NCBI GenBank assembly: GCA_032718475.1 | Contig: JAUCBJ010007256.1 | Coordinates: forward strand, 1-33,205 | Length of the DNA: 33,205 nt | Source: Nemertoderma westbladi | Lineage: Eukaryota; Animalia; Xenacoelomorpha | Reading direction: 5' to 3' | Shown here: positions 1 through 10,087 of the stretch, piece after piece | Layout of the letters: the number at the start of each line of letters is the position of its first letter | Numbering within the stretch: position 1 is the stretch's first letter | Program-made: the position numbers and the translations under genes | Notes under the pieces: generated by a model | Seen by the model: only the letters and a program-made list of their open reading frames with translations | What the model was told of the DNA's origin: nothing | The model's database searches: none

Positions 1-185
1 TTGGTGATCCACATTTTGGTTCCGTTCAGGACGTAGTCGTCCCCGTCGGGGTCGGCCCGGGTCCGCATTGACATTACGTCGGAGCCGGAGCCGGATTCCG
101 ACATCGCCAACGCGCCGAACGCGTCGCCCGAGATGAGGGACGGGAGGAATCGTTGTTTCTGTTCCGACGTGCCGTGTCGGTTGAT
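1..185 (-). CDS. IVD: Isovaleryl-CoA dehydrogenase exon 2 (runs off the window start)
   Basis: Acceptor TTGCAG| at 186/185, then in phase with exon 1: INRHGTSEQKQRFLPSLISGDAFGALAMSESGSGSDVMSMRTRADPDGDDYVLNGTKMWITN, which contains the GALAMSE..GSD and LNG.K.WITN ACAD motifs. Missing from the ORF track. Confidence 0.95.
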   Translation of the reverse strand, partial: MNRHGTSEQKQRFLPSLISGDAFGALAMSESGSGSDVMSMRTRADPDGDDYVLNGTKMWIT

Positions 186-254
186 CTGCAAATGACGCAA
201 ATAACAGCTGATTACTCCCAAAAATAAAACTGAAACCTGTCAGCCTGTTCTACT

Positions 255-909
255 AATTTAATTTAATTAATTTAATTTTAATTTAATGTTTAATCCAGGC
301 CCACTATGGCCCATAAAATACAGTAAAATCAGTAGTAAGTAAGTAGGTTAAACATTCAGTTCAGAGCACAAAAAAAAATGACGGTAATTAATTAGCTAAT
401 AATAATAATTATGAACAGACAATAATAAATAACGTGAATTAAGGGAATACCTGCCCGAGCCGGGAATAGTACACGTACACACAATGTCGAAAAACTGAAT
501 AAACAATACACAACAATATTAAAAATACAATATTACTAATACAATAATTATATTCTGTATAAAATAATTCTGAATAATATTACAAAGTACAATATATAAT
601 CTATTAAACTGCACCGGCACCAATTATACGGCTGGAGCGAAAAGTAGTAAGTGCTACTGTTTGGACTATCTCATTCTCTGATGACCTCACACGGCGCAAC
701 AAGGACTGTCGAGCATTGTAAAGGATATGAACTAGTTTTGGCAGGTTAAGTACCCCACACATGTAAGATACACTACAATCATATTTGAAATCAAAAAGCT
801 TCCTAATTATATTATTATATGCAACATTGAATCTGTCATAAATAGAAATGCTGTAATTACGCCTATCTACTGACTTTAGTTTATTGTTTTGGTTAAAATA
901 ACATGCCAC
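255..909 (-). mobile_element. 5'-truncated non-LTR retrotransposon 3' end in IVD intron 1
   Basis: RFNVAYNNIIRKLF...CSVSYM...SLLRRVRSSENEIV resembles the post-RT C-terminus of LINE ORF2. The 3' end TGGGCC..GGCCTGGATTAAA plus an (ATTAA)n-like tail resembles the end of the LINE at 22881-24400. Clade not determined. Confidence 0.65.
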
Positions 910-1053
910 CTTAACCTGCTTCTTTCCCTAAATTGAGAATATAAAATTTAGGCGGGGTATTAACACTGCTCAATAAATTCGTATTAAATATGAGAAATAA
1001 CCACAACACCACAACAACTAGAAGCAAGTAATCACCGGTAACGCCTACAAATA

Positions 1054-1137
1054 AGCGCGGTAGGATAGAGAGGTCTGAAAGTGGCCTGATAGGCTGAAAC
1101 GTACGTATAGCGCTGGTTCAACCCCCGGTGACGCGCT
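1054..1137 (+). mobile_element. tRNA-like Pol III element / SINE head (degenerate)
   Basis: AGCGCG...CGCGCT closing stem, A-box-like TAGGATAGAGAGG, B-box-like GGTTCAACCCC, followed by a T-rich run. No clean anticodon arm. Confidence 0.4.
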
Positions 1138-1347
1138 TTCTCATTTTTTCAATTTCTGAACAAAACCATAGGCCTAATATTACATCTTTAATTATACAGT
1201 TGCATTAACAGCTCAACTCCAATTCATTTATTAATATCAATATATAAGCATAAGCATACGTGACGTGACCAAAGTTACGTGACATTGGCTAAACCTATTT
1301 CTTTGAGATTGAGTAACTTAATTAGTAACTAACGATTAAAACCCCAC

Positions 1348-1764
1348 CTGGTTAACGCACAGGTTACTGTGGGCGCCGTAAGACAGACCGATGGCTGCGG
1401 AACCTCTGGACAGTTCCTCAACGGCAATGCAATGCTCGAGGAATCCCAGACCGGCGCCCCCGTATTCCTCGGACGCTGTCACCCCCAGCAACCCCATGTC
1501 GCCCAACTTCTTCCAGAACGCTTTCATCTCCGTCCATCCGTTGTCTTTGTCAATCTGCGCGGCGTAGGGGGCCAACTCTCGCTGCGTAAAGTTAAACACC
1601 GACTCTCTCAGCGCAATCTGTTCGCTAGTCAATCCGTTTATGTCGTCGTCGATAGGGGCGAAGTTGCTATTGGTCCGTGTCGTGGTTGCTAGGCAACTCC
1701 TTCGACCAATCGTGTCGCCTCGATGCTTTCGCAAATGTAGAGCAAATCTATTTAGTGTCAACAT
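1348..1764 (-). CDS. IVD: Isovaleryl-CoA dehydrogenase, mitochondrial, coding exon 1
   Basis: Arg-rich presequence followed by acyl-CoA dehydrogenase N-terminus (DDDINGLTSEQIALRESV...FWKKLGDMGLLGVTASEEYGG...EELSRGSAAIGLSYGAHSNLCVNQ). Phase-0 donor CAG|GTGGGG at 1348/1347. Confidence 0.95.
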
Positions 1765-2099
1765 TGTTAATTATTAGGCCGACTGCCTGACTGCTGTAAT
1801 GTATTATATCCGAAGCAGGGCAGTCCGGGAACAAAGGAATACAACAGAAACAAAATCTGAAAATAAGATCAAAGATTTAGGCTGTTACTGCTGTACTGTT
1901 AGGTACAGTACTGCAGTAAAATTACATCATTACCGTACTGGTACCTGCAGACCATCCGTAGGCGTACAGGCGTAACCGTAAAGGCCTACCAACCAGTAAT
2001 TAATTACTGAATTCATTTGGCAATTTGGTGTAAAAATCACATGCCAAAATTCTTATACATGTATCATCGATGTCATAAGCCTAGGCCTACCGTGCGTAG

Positions 2100-2639
2100 C
2101 GTTGTACCTACGGAACTGTTGTACCCGGAATGCCGCGGAACTGTTCTACCAACTGAACTGTTGTACCAACTGAACTGTTGTACCAACTGAACTGTTGTAC
2201 CAACTGAACTGTTGTACCAACTGAACTGTTGTACCAACTGAACTGTTGTACCAACTGAACTGTTGTACCAACTGAACTGTTGTACCAACTGAACTGTTGT
2301 ACCAACTGAGCTGTTGTACCAACTGAACTGTTGTACCAACTGAACTGTTGTACCAACTGAACTGTTGTACCAACTGAACTGTTGTACCAACGGAATGCTG
2401 CGGAACTGTTGTACCAACTGAACTGTTGTACCAACTGAACTGTTGTACCAACTGAACTGTTGTACCAACGGAATGCCGCGGAACTGTTGTACCAACTGAA
2501 CTGTTGTACCAAATTAACTGTTGTACCAACTGAACTGTTGTACCAACGGAATGCCGCGGAACTGTTGTACCAACTGAACTGTTGTTCCAACGGAATGCCG
2601 CGGAACTGTTGTACCAACTGAACTGTTGTACCAACTGAA
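2100..2639. repeat. 17-bp minisatellite (AACTGAACTGTTGTACC)n with interspersed 27-bp variant units
   Basis: About 30 near-perfect tandem units. A variant AACGGAATGCCGCGGAACTGTTGTACC recurs about five times. Explains the three overlapping repetitive ORFs. Confidence 0.97.
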
Positions 2640-3975
2640 TTATATTCTTAGTTTATTTTTTATTAGTAATTTTATTCGCATATGGAAATACAGTAATAGA
2701 TTGCAATGTATTAAAAAAAATAAAAAAAATAAAATAAAAAAAAAATAATAATAATAAAGAAAGAAAAAAAAAAAATATTTCTTCACAATTCAGTAATCAG
2801 AGCATCCCATTCCTAGATCTTACGAAAGTGAATCTCGACCCTCCTAGAGAGTATAGAGACTATGTATGGTTTATAATGTTCGTTGAGAGGTCGTACAAGT
2901 TTAGTTTTAGATTTTTAATGAGGTTCAGTATTAGCCAATCAGAGCAAGGGTGTGACTTTGGGTCCAGACAACTTTTACATCAGTTAAATAATGTGTTCGC
3001 AATCGTCCTAACCGAATTGTGCTGGACATGATGTCTGAGTCCGAAACCAAATCGTCTCTCTTGCTTATCAACGTTACATGAACGTTTTACTATGGTGCTA
3101 TTGTCTCGTGCTGCACGAAGGCCCCACTCGTGTATCTTCAGTGTAGGCCTAGGGCCTACTGTATATTATACTTTTCTTTAAGCATATTGTTTACATTCGT
3201 GATACTGTATACTACTACTAAGTCGAGCGAACTCGGACAGTGGAAATGAGATCCTTCCAGGCTTCCCGATTCTCCATAGTTGTCGCAATTTCGATTCTCC
3301 CAAGTTCAGTATCCCTTTCAAGTTGATCTATATATGTAATGGCCGGTCGTCCACGACTACGCTTTCCATGAGTTGGTTGCCAGAAAAGTAGATCTGGTAT
3401 GACCTCGTCTTTACTTCGCCAGCAGTGCCCACTGAATCTTAATCTGCGTTCACGGAGGGTGGTTGATACAGGTGGTATTGTACCATAAAGCTCGGCATTT
3501 GTCATGAGTTGTCTCCAGCTGATGTTGAGGGCTGCCCTTAGTAGTCTTGTGTAGCAACCATCAATTCGTTGTTCAAGTGATTTAGTCTGTGTCCAGGTCT
3601 CACCCCCGTATAAAAATACACTTTCCACTGTGGCTCGAAAGAACTTAGTCTTCAGGTGCCTGGGGAGATCTGATTTCCAGATGGTATCCATTTTTGATAG
3701 AGCTACCCAAGCCTTTGCTTTCCTAACTTCTATGTCCTTTTTGCTACTCTTTATCCATGATCCTAGGTACTGGAAGTCGTCAAACCTTCCTTAGTTGATT
3801 ATTATCAATGGTTGTCAAGATTCCATCAACATTAAAAGTCATGAATTCGGTCTTGGTAGCATTTATATGCAATCCAACCTCCTTAGCAGCCCTCTCCACT
3901 TTATTCAGTAGAAGCTGTACATCTGCTAGCGTATTAGAAAGCAGGGGGCGATGTCATCCGCAAAGTCGGTGTCTG

Positions 3976-4196
3976 TGTAATGGGTAGGTACGCTGAGGGT
4001 TAGGATACGGCAGTGTGAATGCAGAAACTGAATAATCTGAATGCGAAAAATGACACACTGAACAAAAGTAACGGTACAGCTGTTGTTTGAATTTCCCGCC
4101 CTTTACAATATAGCAGTATTTGTATATAGAATTTTAACAGCATACAGTAAAAAACTGAAGCAGTGGTCTTCACGTAGCACGTTAGGGACCACCACA
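3976..4196 (-). repeat. 3' LTR (221 bp)
   Basis: Direct repeat of 5895-6120. Preceded on the minus strand by the purine tract GGAGGGG. Confidence 0.96.
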
Positions 4197-4289
4197 CAGC
4201 CCCTCCATAAGTGGCGGAGCATCGAAGAAAATAATACAACTTAAAAAAAAGAGTATTAAAATAAAAATAATAACAATCAAATGATTAGT

Positions 4290-4925
4290 TCATGTTGAAT
4301 AATAGTGATAAATGTTCTTCTTTGTTGAAATGGTAACGCGCCCGGCACGGGTTTTTGTAGATGCGTTTGGTGGCCTCAAAGAAGAAGGCCGAGTGGGAGG
4401 TGTGACAGGTGGAGCTGATTGAGAGACGCTCGGAAGTCTGGTCCGGCGAGGCAACTCGATATAAGGTTGAGGCAATACCGTCTGTGGGACGAAAGGTTTG
4501 AGACGAGAAACACTGACAGTGTCATGGCGCCCCTTCTTCTCAATTATGACGGTAGCCCCACAATCTTTTATAACAGGGTAGGGTCCTGTGTAGGGGGCTT
4601 CTAAAGATCGTCGAATCCGATCGATACGTAACCATACTTGCTGCGTGCCTGGAGGTAGGCTAGTCCGAAATGGAATGCTATCGATTGGTTGAGGCTGTTA
4701 ATAAATATGGCTAGCAGGGTCGAATAAGGTGCGAAGATTATCAACCAATGTAGGTAAATAAGTTTTTGAAGCAGTGAGAAGTTTGTAAGGATAGCGAGGC
4801 ATCTCTCCTGTTACAAGTGTGAATGGAGTGAGTTTGGTTTCCGAAGGGGTGTTACGAAGAGCCCATAAAATCGGGGTAATCGAACTTAACCAATCTGTTC
4901 CACTAGCAACGATGGCATCTAGTTT
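4290..4925 (-). pseudogene. pol: Pol remnant: integrase C-terminal part only
   Basis: -1 frame relative to gag: DWLSSITPILWALRNTP..KLTPFTLVTGEMPRYP...VWLRIDRIRRSLEAPYTGPYPVI...DTVSVSRLKP...TRAGR, with one internal TAA. No protease, RT or RNase H. Confidence 0.88.
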
Positions 4926-5827
4926 CCCTGCGGCGATGAGTCCCTGGATCCAGCACGAGAAGGTTCTCGGGAACGAATACGAGGGTTGTGAGAATCACTC
5001 TTTGGAAACTGGCACCAGTGGGTGCATGTTCGCGCTTTCATACCAAAAAAGATATGCGAACGGCACACTTTGGGACGCTGTGTAGAAGAGAACGGAGTTA
5101 AGGTTCGTTGGAAGGACTCCTGATTAGACTGGCGGTAAAAATCTTGTTGGTAAGATGGGTTAAAACTGTAAGCAGAACGGTTTCGAGAATCGTAGCCGTA
5201 CTCCTGCTGAGAATCTTGAAAAACCTCATCGCGCCGGTTGCTTCGTTGGTATGGACGACCACGTGATTGGTGATCTTCTAAAAATTGCGTTTCCGGGGAA
5301 AAATCGGTGGAGTTAGTGCGTTTAGATGGAGTTAGTGCGTTTAGCTAGTAACTCTGGCAGGTTGTTGCAGCGACAACTGTGTCGGCGATTTTTAAAAATT
5401 CGTCTAATCCGTTTTGTGCCTGTGTGGCCAGAGCTGATTTTGCGGAGTCAGTGGGCATAGCCTCAATAACGCGAGCGATGATTTCTTGTTCGCTGTGCTC
5501 GGGCATTTCTGCTGCGTTGGCCAGTATCTTCAATCGTTGGACGGCGTGAGAAGGTCGTTCACCGTCCGATATCGTGAATGTGGCGATCGCCTTCCGGATA
5601 AGATCGTACCTCGATTCGCCAAGCGAACTTTTGAGCAACTCACGAGCTTCCTCATAGGACTTTGTCTCCAAAGTCGCGATAATGGCCGCCTGATCGGTTG
5701 GTAACAAAGTGAAAAGGAGATTGAGTTGGTCGTCATCGGCAGTCTTCTCCATGGCGAAATACGCTTCTAACTGTTTAAACCAAATCGATGGTTGGCGCGG
5801 GCAAAATGCTGGTATTCGAGAAGCCAT
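4919..5827 (-). pseudogene. gag: Gag of the LTR element, with one in-frame TAG at 5345-5347
   Basis: N-terminus RIPAFCPRQPSIWFKQLEAYF. The frame continues past the TAG to CRSHIFFGMKARTCTHWC (CHCC knuckle) and ends at G GGA AAC TAG. Confidence 0.88.
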
Positions 5828-5880
5828 TATTGGTCGATCGTGTTTACTAACTGTACCGTAGGTAGGCTAGAATGTGCGAA

Positions 5881-5893
5881 GTCTGGGTCACCA
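5881..5893 (-). promoter_or_regulatory. Primer binding site, tRNA-Trp type
   Basis: TGGTGACCCAGAC begins 1 nt after the 5' LTR; one mismatch to TGGTGACCCCGAC, the complement of the tRNA-Trp 3' end. Confidence 0.85.
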
Positions 5894-5894
5894 G

Positions 5895-6120
5895 TGTAAT
5901 GGGTAGGTACGCTGAGGGTTAGGATACGGCAGTGTGAATGCTGAAACTGAATAATCTGAATGCGAAAAATGACACACTGAACAAAAGTAACGGTACAGCT
6001 GTTGTTTGAATTTCCCGCCCTTTACAATATAGCAGTATTTGTACAGTATATAGAATTTTAACAGCATACAGTAAAAAACTGAAGCAGTGGTCTTCACGTA
6101 GCACGTTAGGGACCACCACA
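5895..6120 (-). repeat. 5' LTR (226 bp)
   Basis: Direct repeat of 3976-4196, differing by one substitution and a 5-bp insertion. Followed on the minus strand by the PBS. Confidence 0.96.
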
Positions 6121-7649
6121 TCTGTGACTGTAGTTGTCGGATATCTACTACTTCTGCGTTCTTGAAGAGTGAATCCCAGATCTTCGCCCTTTGTGGCCGT
6201 CCTCATTGCGAAATCCAGTACAATTATAAATAGTAATGGTGCTAATGTGTCACCTTACAGTACACCAGCCAGGATTGAGAAAAACTCAGTTTCACCATCT
6301 GGTGAGAGTACCTGTCACAATTTGTCACAATATAACAACCCAATGCCAGCAACGATTACTTCTGGTATTCCATAAGCTCTTAGGATTTAAGCATTTTACC
6401 TCTATGGATGGAGTCGAAGGCCTTCTTGAAGTCCACAAAAGTCATGACTGCGGGGAGATTCTTTGACTCAATTCCTTCAATCAGTCTCCGTAGTGCAAGT
6501 ATCTGAGCTATTGTTGATCTACTTGGTCGAAATCTGTTTTGGCTCTTACGCAGTAGTATCTCTATGTGAGGCCTAATCCTATATAGAATCATTTTATTGT
6601 ATATTTTGGCAGCAACCACAAGCAGACAGATCCCACGATAGTTTGTTGGTATACCGAGATCTCCTTTCTTGGGGAGAGGCTTTAGTTGACCTTCAGTCCA
6701 AATTGGTGGAGGCTTTTCCCCTTTTAACATCCGGTTGCAAACATGCAATAATGGTCTGTTTAGCACTCCTGTTTTCCATACCTCCGCTGGAATTTCATCT
6801 AATCCACTCGCTTTATTATTGGACATGCTTTTAATGCTTCTTTGGAGTTCGGCAGGTGTAAAGTCCCCTGTCTCTATAGGTAGTGTCTTGTCATATATTT
6901 TCCTTGTAGGGCTGACCTCGATGTTTGGTGGCTGCCCAAGCAAGTTGCTGAAGTGATTTTTCCACTTCCCCACACGTTCTTCGGGACTATCGGCTTTGAG
7001 GCGCCCCTTTGCACAACTTTTCCGACCAGATACCTCATTCAGTTTGCCAGGTAAGTCTTGATTTGTTGCTGTATGTGAGCAGTTGTAATTGCTTCAATTT
7101 TATCCTGTATGTACTTTCCCTGGCTGATGTTGTAGGCCAATTTAAGATCATCCTTAGCTTTCTCAACCTTGTTAATGTTTTCGGTTGTTCGGTTTTAACT
7201 TTGTAGGCTATCTTAAGATCTTCTCTCTTACAAGTAACCTCAGAGTTTTGCCATGGCACATACTGTTCTCGTTTGGGTTTCTGGGGGATATGCCTCTTAA
7301 CTGATTCCTAGTGGGCTTTTATTATATTCTGGTATATTGAATCGGTGGACTGACTGAAGTGCTTCAAAGCGGTTTTGAACTTCTACTGTGTAAGCATCCT
7401 TTACTGCATTGTCAGTTCTAATTCTGTGGTCCGAACCAATTAGGTTGAACGAGCTGTATGCTTTTCTTTAAGCATATTGTTTACATTCGTGATATGCCTA
7501 ACCTTATTTACCCGGGACTTTATTTAGAATCGACTAGATTATTCTCCAACAAATATTTAATTACAAATTATCTTTGGAAAGTGGTAGCAATGCCAGGTTC
7601 GCCAGTATTATTGGTTATTTGTCATATTGTGCAACAAATTCATACTACA

Positions 7650-7712
7650 CCGCATTGAACTCGGTACCTACAGATACCAAATCAAACGCTAGACCAACTT
7701 CGCCACTGCGCT
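7650..7712 (-). mobile_element. tRNA-derived SINE-like head (degenerate)
   Basis: AGCGCAG-TGGCGAAGTTGG (A box) ... GAGTTCAATGC (B-box-like) at tRNA-like spacing. Confidence 0.4.
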
Positions 7713-8662
7713 CTATGAATCCTTATAAAACGAAAACCCAACTGGAAATAGTGGTTTTAACAATTATTTCGTAAATATTGAAATACATCGTGGGTTGGCA
7801 GAATAACTCGCACGTCAATCGGGACAATTTATTATAGTTAATATAAAATAGAATATTTAAATAAATATAGATTCCCACACAGACTCATATTGTTTGGGTG
7901 GTGGAGGTGGGGTGGAGGTGGGGTGGGCACATAATATGAACTTTCAACTAGTTAAGTTGAAATTTGAATGTTATTTAGTTAATTAAAATGGGATTATTTA
8001 ATTAACTTGGCACTGCGAATTTAGTTAGTTACAAAAAAAATAATTCACTTTTCAAATAGTTTAGGTTTATTACAAATTACAATAATTGCATTTGAAAAAA
8101 TATTTAAAGCAGAAGATTTAAAATTATATGACTAACATTATATTAATTACAATACAATTAATATAACTTATATTTAAACCATTAAACTGGATAATAAATT
8201 AAAATGTCTAAAATTAAGGTTAACGCATTGTGGGGGAATTCTAGCACTTTTCATTCATTTTAATAATATTAATTATGTTTTATATTTTTTATTAATTGAA
8301 AAGTTGTTTAATTTTATTTTATTTTGCTACTTCGTAACCCTTCTGGCACTATTGGCTAACCAATAGGGGGTAAAGTAATAGTACACAGCGGTAGTATTAG
8401 TAGTGGTAGTGTTGTCTATGGCGTCTGGCGCCATAGACAATTTGATCGATGGCGCCGCCAGCGCCATCAGCAAATTTGCAAAAAAAACCCTAAATTGAAA
8501 ACTGAACTATTCAGAAATAAATCTTAAAAATTTTAATATTTATTAAACTTTTAAACTACCGGTACTGTATAATTCATAATTGAACTTAATTCTTAAAATA
8601 AAATTGCAAAAAAAGGACATAATTATTATTACACTATTTAAAAGAAACATCAAATAATTGTC

Positions 8663-9847
8663 CTACGAGGACTTTATATCCTTGGAGACATTAGAGTCGG
8701 ATAGGTTAGCTGAGCCGCCGCGGCTAGCGTGATCATTACCGGACGTTCCGACGTCCACAATAGAGTCACCGGAAGTGGGGAGTTCAATTCCGCGATCCCG
8801 GAAGTCGTCAGCCGTCCAGTAAGTTAACTCCGGCCGCCCTTGGGGACCGGGGAGCGAGACTAAGTAGAGACGGGGGGCTTTACGGAGCCACCATCTAGTT
8901 AGGTTGTGCAGCACAACGGTCTGGTTGAGGATCCAGGTAGTGGTGAAATAGGCGCCTCCAGCGGAGGCCAGCCAGAAGAGTTGCAACCCGGCTGGGAGGA
9001 AAGCGGAGATGCAACCGCAGAGGAGAGGGGAGAGAGAGAGAGCGCGTTGGAGGGAGTGAGTCCATCCGGGTGGGACGTAGAGCAGTCGGTCTGAGTCGGG
9101 GATGGGACGGGTCCCCCAGCCGAGTTGGTACCGGAGCGGCGAATATATCGACAGGATCCCGATGCACAAAGGAAGTACGTAGTACGGATCGCTCGCGGTG
9201 AGATCGGAGATCCACAAGAGGCCTCCGGATCGGAAGGTCGCAGCGACAACGGCGTTAACGGGAGCGTAAATCGCGCTGGTTACCGCCGCCGCTGTTGCTA
9301 ACCACAAGGGGAAGTACGCTAAACAGGTAACTAACGGAGCTAATCGCGGGTAGGGGGAGCATTTCACTTTATTCGATACCTCCTCTAATAATCCTCGGGA
9401 AACTTCCCCCCATTTATCGCTAGTTTCCCCCCGTTCTTCCGCGGGATTCCCCAATAGAAAGTTATTTATTTTCCACCTGTCATCGTACACACCGCGCGCG
9501 GCCCAGCGATACTTTATCGTTACGTACATATTGCGAACTACGAATGGGAAAGGGACCGAGCGAAACGCGCACCCACACACCAGTAGAGTCACCCACCACG
9601 AGACCTGGGAAGTGGCGTTAAACTGCGCCAGAGTCTCTTGCAGGGGCGTGGCGGCAACTCCCACTGCCTCCAATAGCGACAACAATGACGTCACCACACC
9701 GCCGCTGTTCTGTCTTACAGAACCGGTTGTGGGCAATGTGGCGACAGGCAGAACTCGATATCTGTAAGTCGAGGTTAATATTCCGGTTCGTGATTGGCCA
9801 ATTCGATGGGTTGGGTGGCAACGTTGAAATACACTGAGACAATACAT
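8663..9847 (-). CDS. YidC/Oxa1/COX18-family mitochondrial inner-membrane insertase, COX18-like, single coding exon, 394 aa
   Basis: SWWVTLLVCGCAFRSVPFP (TM1 with conserved Arg), FRSGGLLWISDLTASDPYYVLP, FLPAGLQLFWLAS. The ATG at 9847 gives an acid-free Arg/Ser/Thr-rich presequence ending VRQNS. Start not certain, because a possible acceptor lies at 9834. COX18 versus OXA1 not resolved. Confidence 0.85.
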   Translation of the reverse strand: MYCLSVFQRCHPTHRIGQSRTGILTSTYRYRVLPVATLPTTGSVRQNSGGVVTSLLSLLEAVGVAATPLQETLAQFNATSQVSWWVTLLVCGCAFRSVPFPFVVRNMYVTIKYRWAARGVYDDRWKINNFLLGNPAEERGETSDKWGEVSRGLLEEVSNKVKCSPYPRLAPLVTCLAYFPLWLATAAAVTSAIYAPVNAVVAATFRSGGLLWISDLTASDPYYVLPLCIGILSIYSPLRYQLGWGTRPIPDSDRLLYVPPGWTHSLQRALSLSPLLCGCISAFLPAGLQLFWLASAGGAYFTTTWILNQTVVLHNLTRWWLRKAPRLYLVSLPGPQGRPELTYWTADDFRDRGIELPTSGDSIVDVGTSGNDHASRGGSANLSDSNVSKDIKSS

Positions 9848-10087
9848 AATTAAGAAATTAAACAAACAAATACCTGATTGCAGAATTTCTGTACAGGCAA
9901 AAGAACAGAGAAAAAATACAAACCCTGAAACCTGTTAGTAAGGGGACCTACCGTACCGGTAGCAAGGCTGCAAGGCCCTAGCAAGTACTGGTAGCCTAGG
10001 TTACATGTACGAGGAAGCAAGTGAACAAGGGAGGTATGTCAGTAGCTACATTCTAATTTCGTACCGCGTGGCGCGCGTACCGCCCGT

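Larger units (their letters stand above)
3976..6120 (-). mobile_element. Non-autonomous Gypsy LTR retrotransposon, CsRn1-like, 2145 bp
   Basis: Two TG...CA LTRs, 4-bp TSD TCTG (3972-3975, 6121-6124), tRNA-Trp-type PBS, PPT, Gag with Cx2Hx9Cx3C and an integrase C-terminal GPY motif. Confidence 0.95.
3205..7460 (-). mobile_element. RTE-clade non-LTR retrotransposon, 5'-truncated, frameshifted, split by an LTR element
   Basis: RT motifs KASGLDEIPAE, PLPKKGDL..PTNYRGICLL, FVDFKKAFDSI, DTDFADDIA (3953-3964) and YLGS, RTE C-terminus (FFRATVESVFLYG...RLRFSGHCWR...GKRSRGRP), (TAG)n tail at 3211. Flanked by a 34-bp direct repeat at 3171-3204 and 7461-7494. Confidence 0.95.

Noticed and set aside
2073-2634. 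Three overlapping repetitive ORFs (VQQFSWYNSS...), or a CRISPR-like array
   Set aside because: By-product of a 17-bp repeat that lacks stops on one strand; the inserts are repeated variants, not spacers.
4000-4239. Hydrophobic ORFs here and at 5888-6206 that look like duplicated small membrane proteins
   Set aside because: Chance translations of the two LTR copies.
9834-9873. 40-nt intron upstream of the COX18-like exon
   Set aside because: GT and AG are present, but no upstream in-frame ATG could be traced, whereas the ATG at 9847 already gives a plausible presequence.
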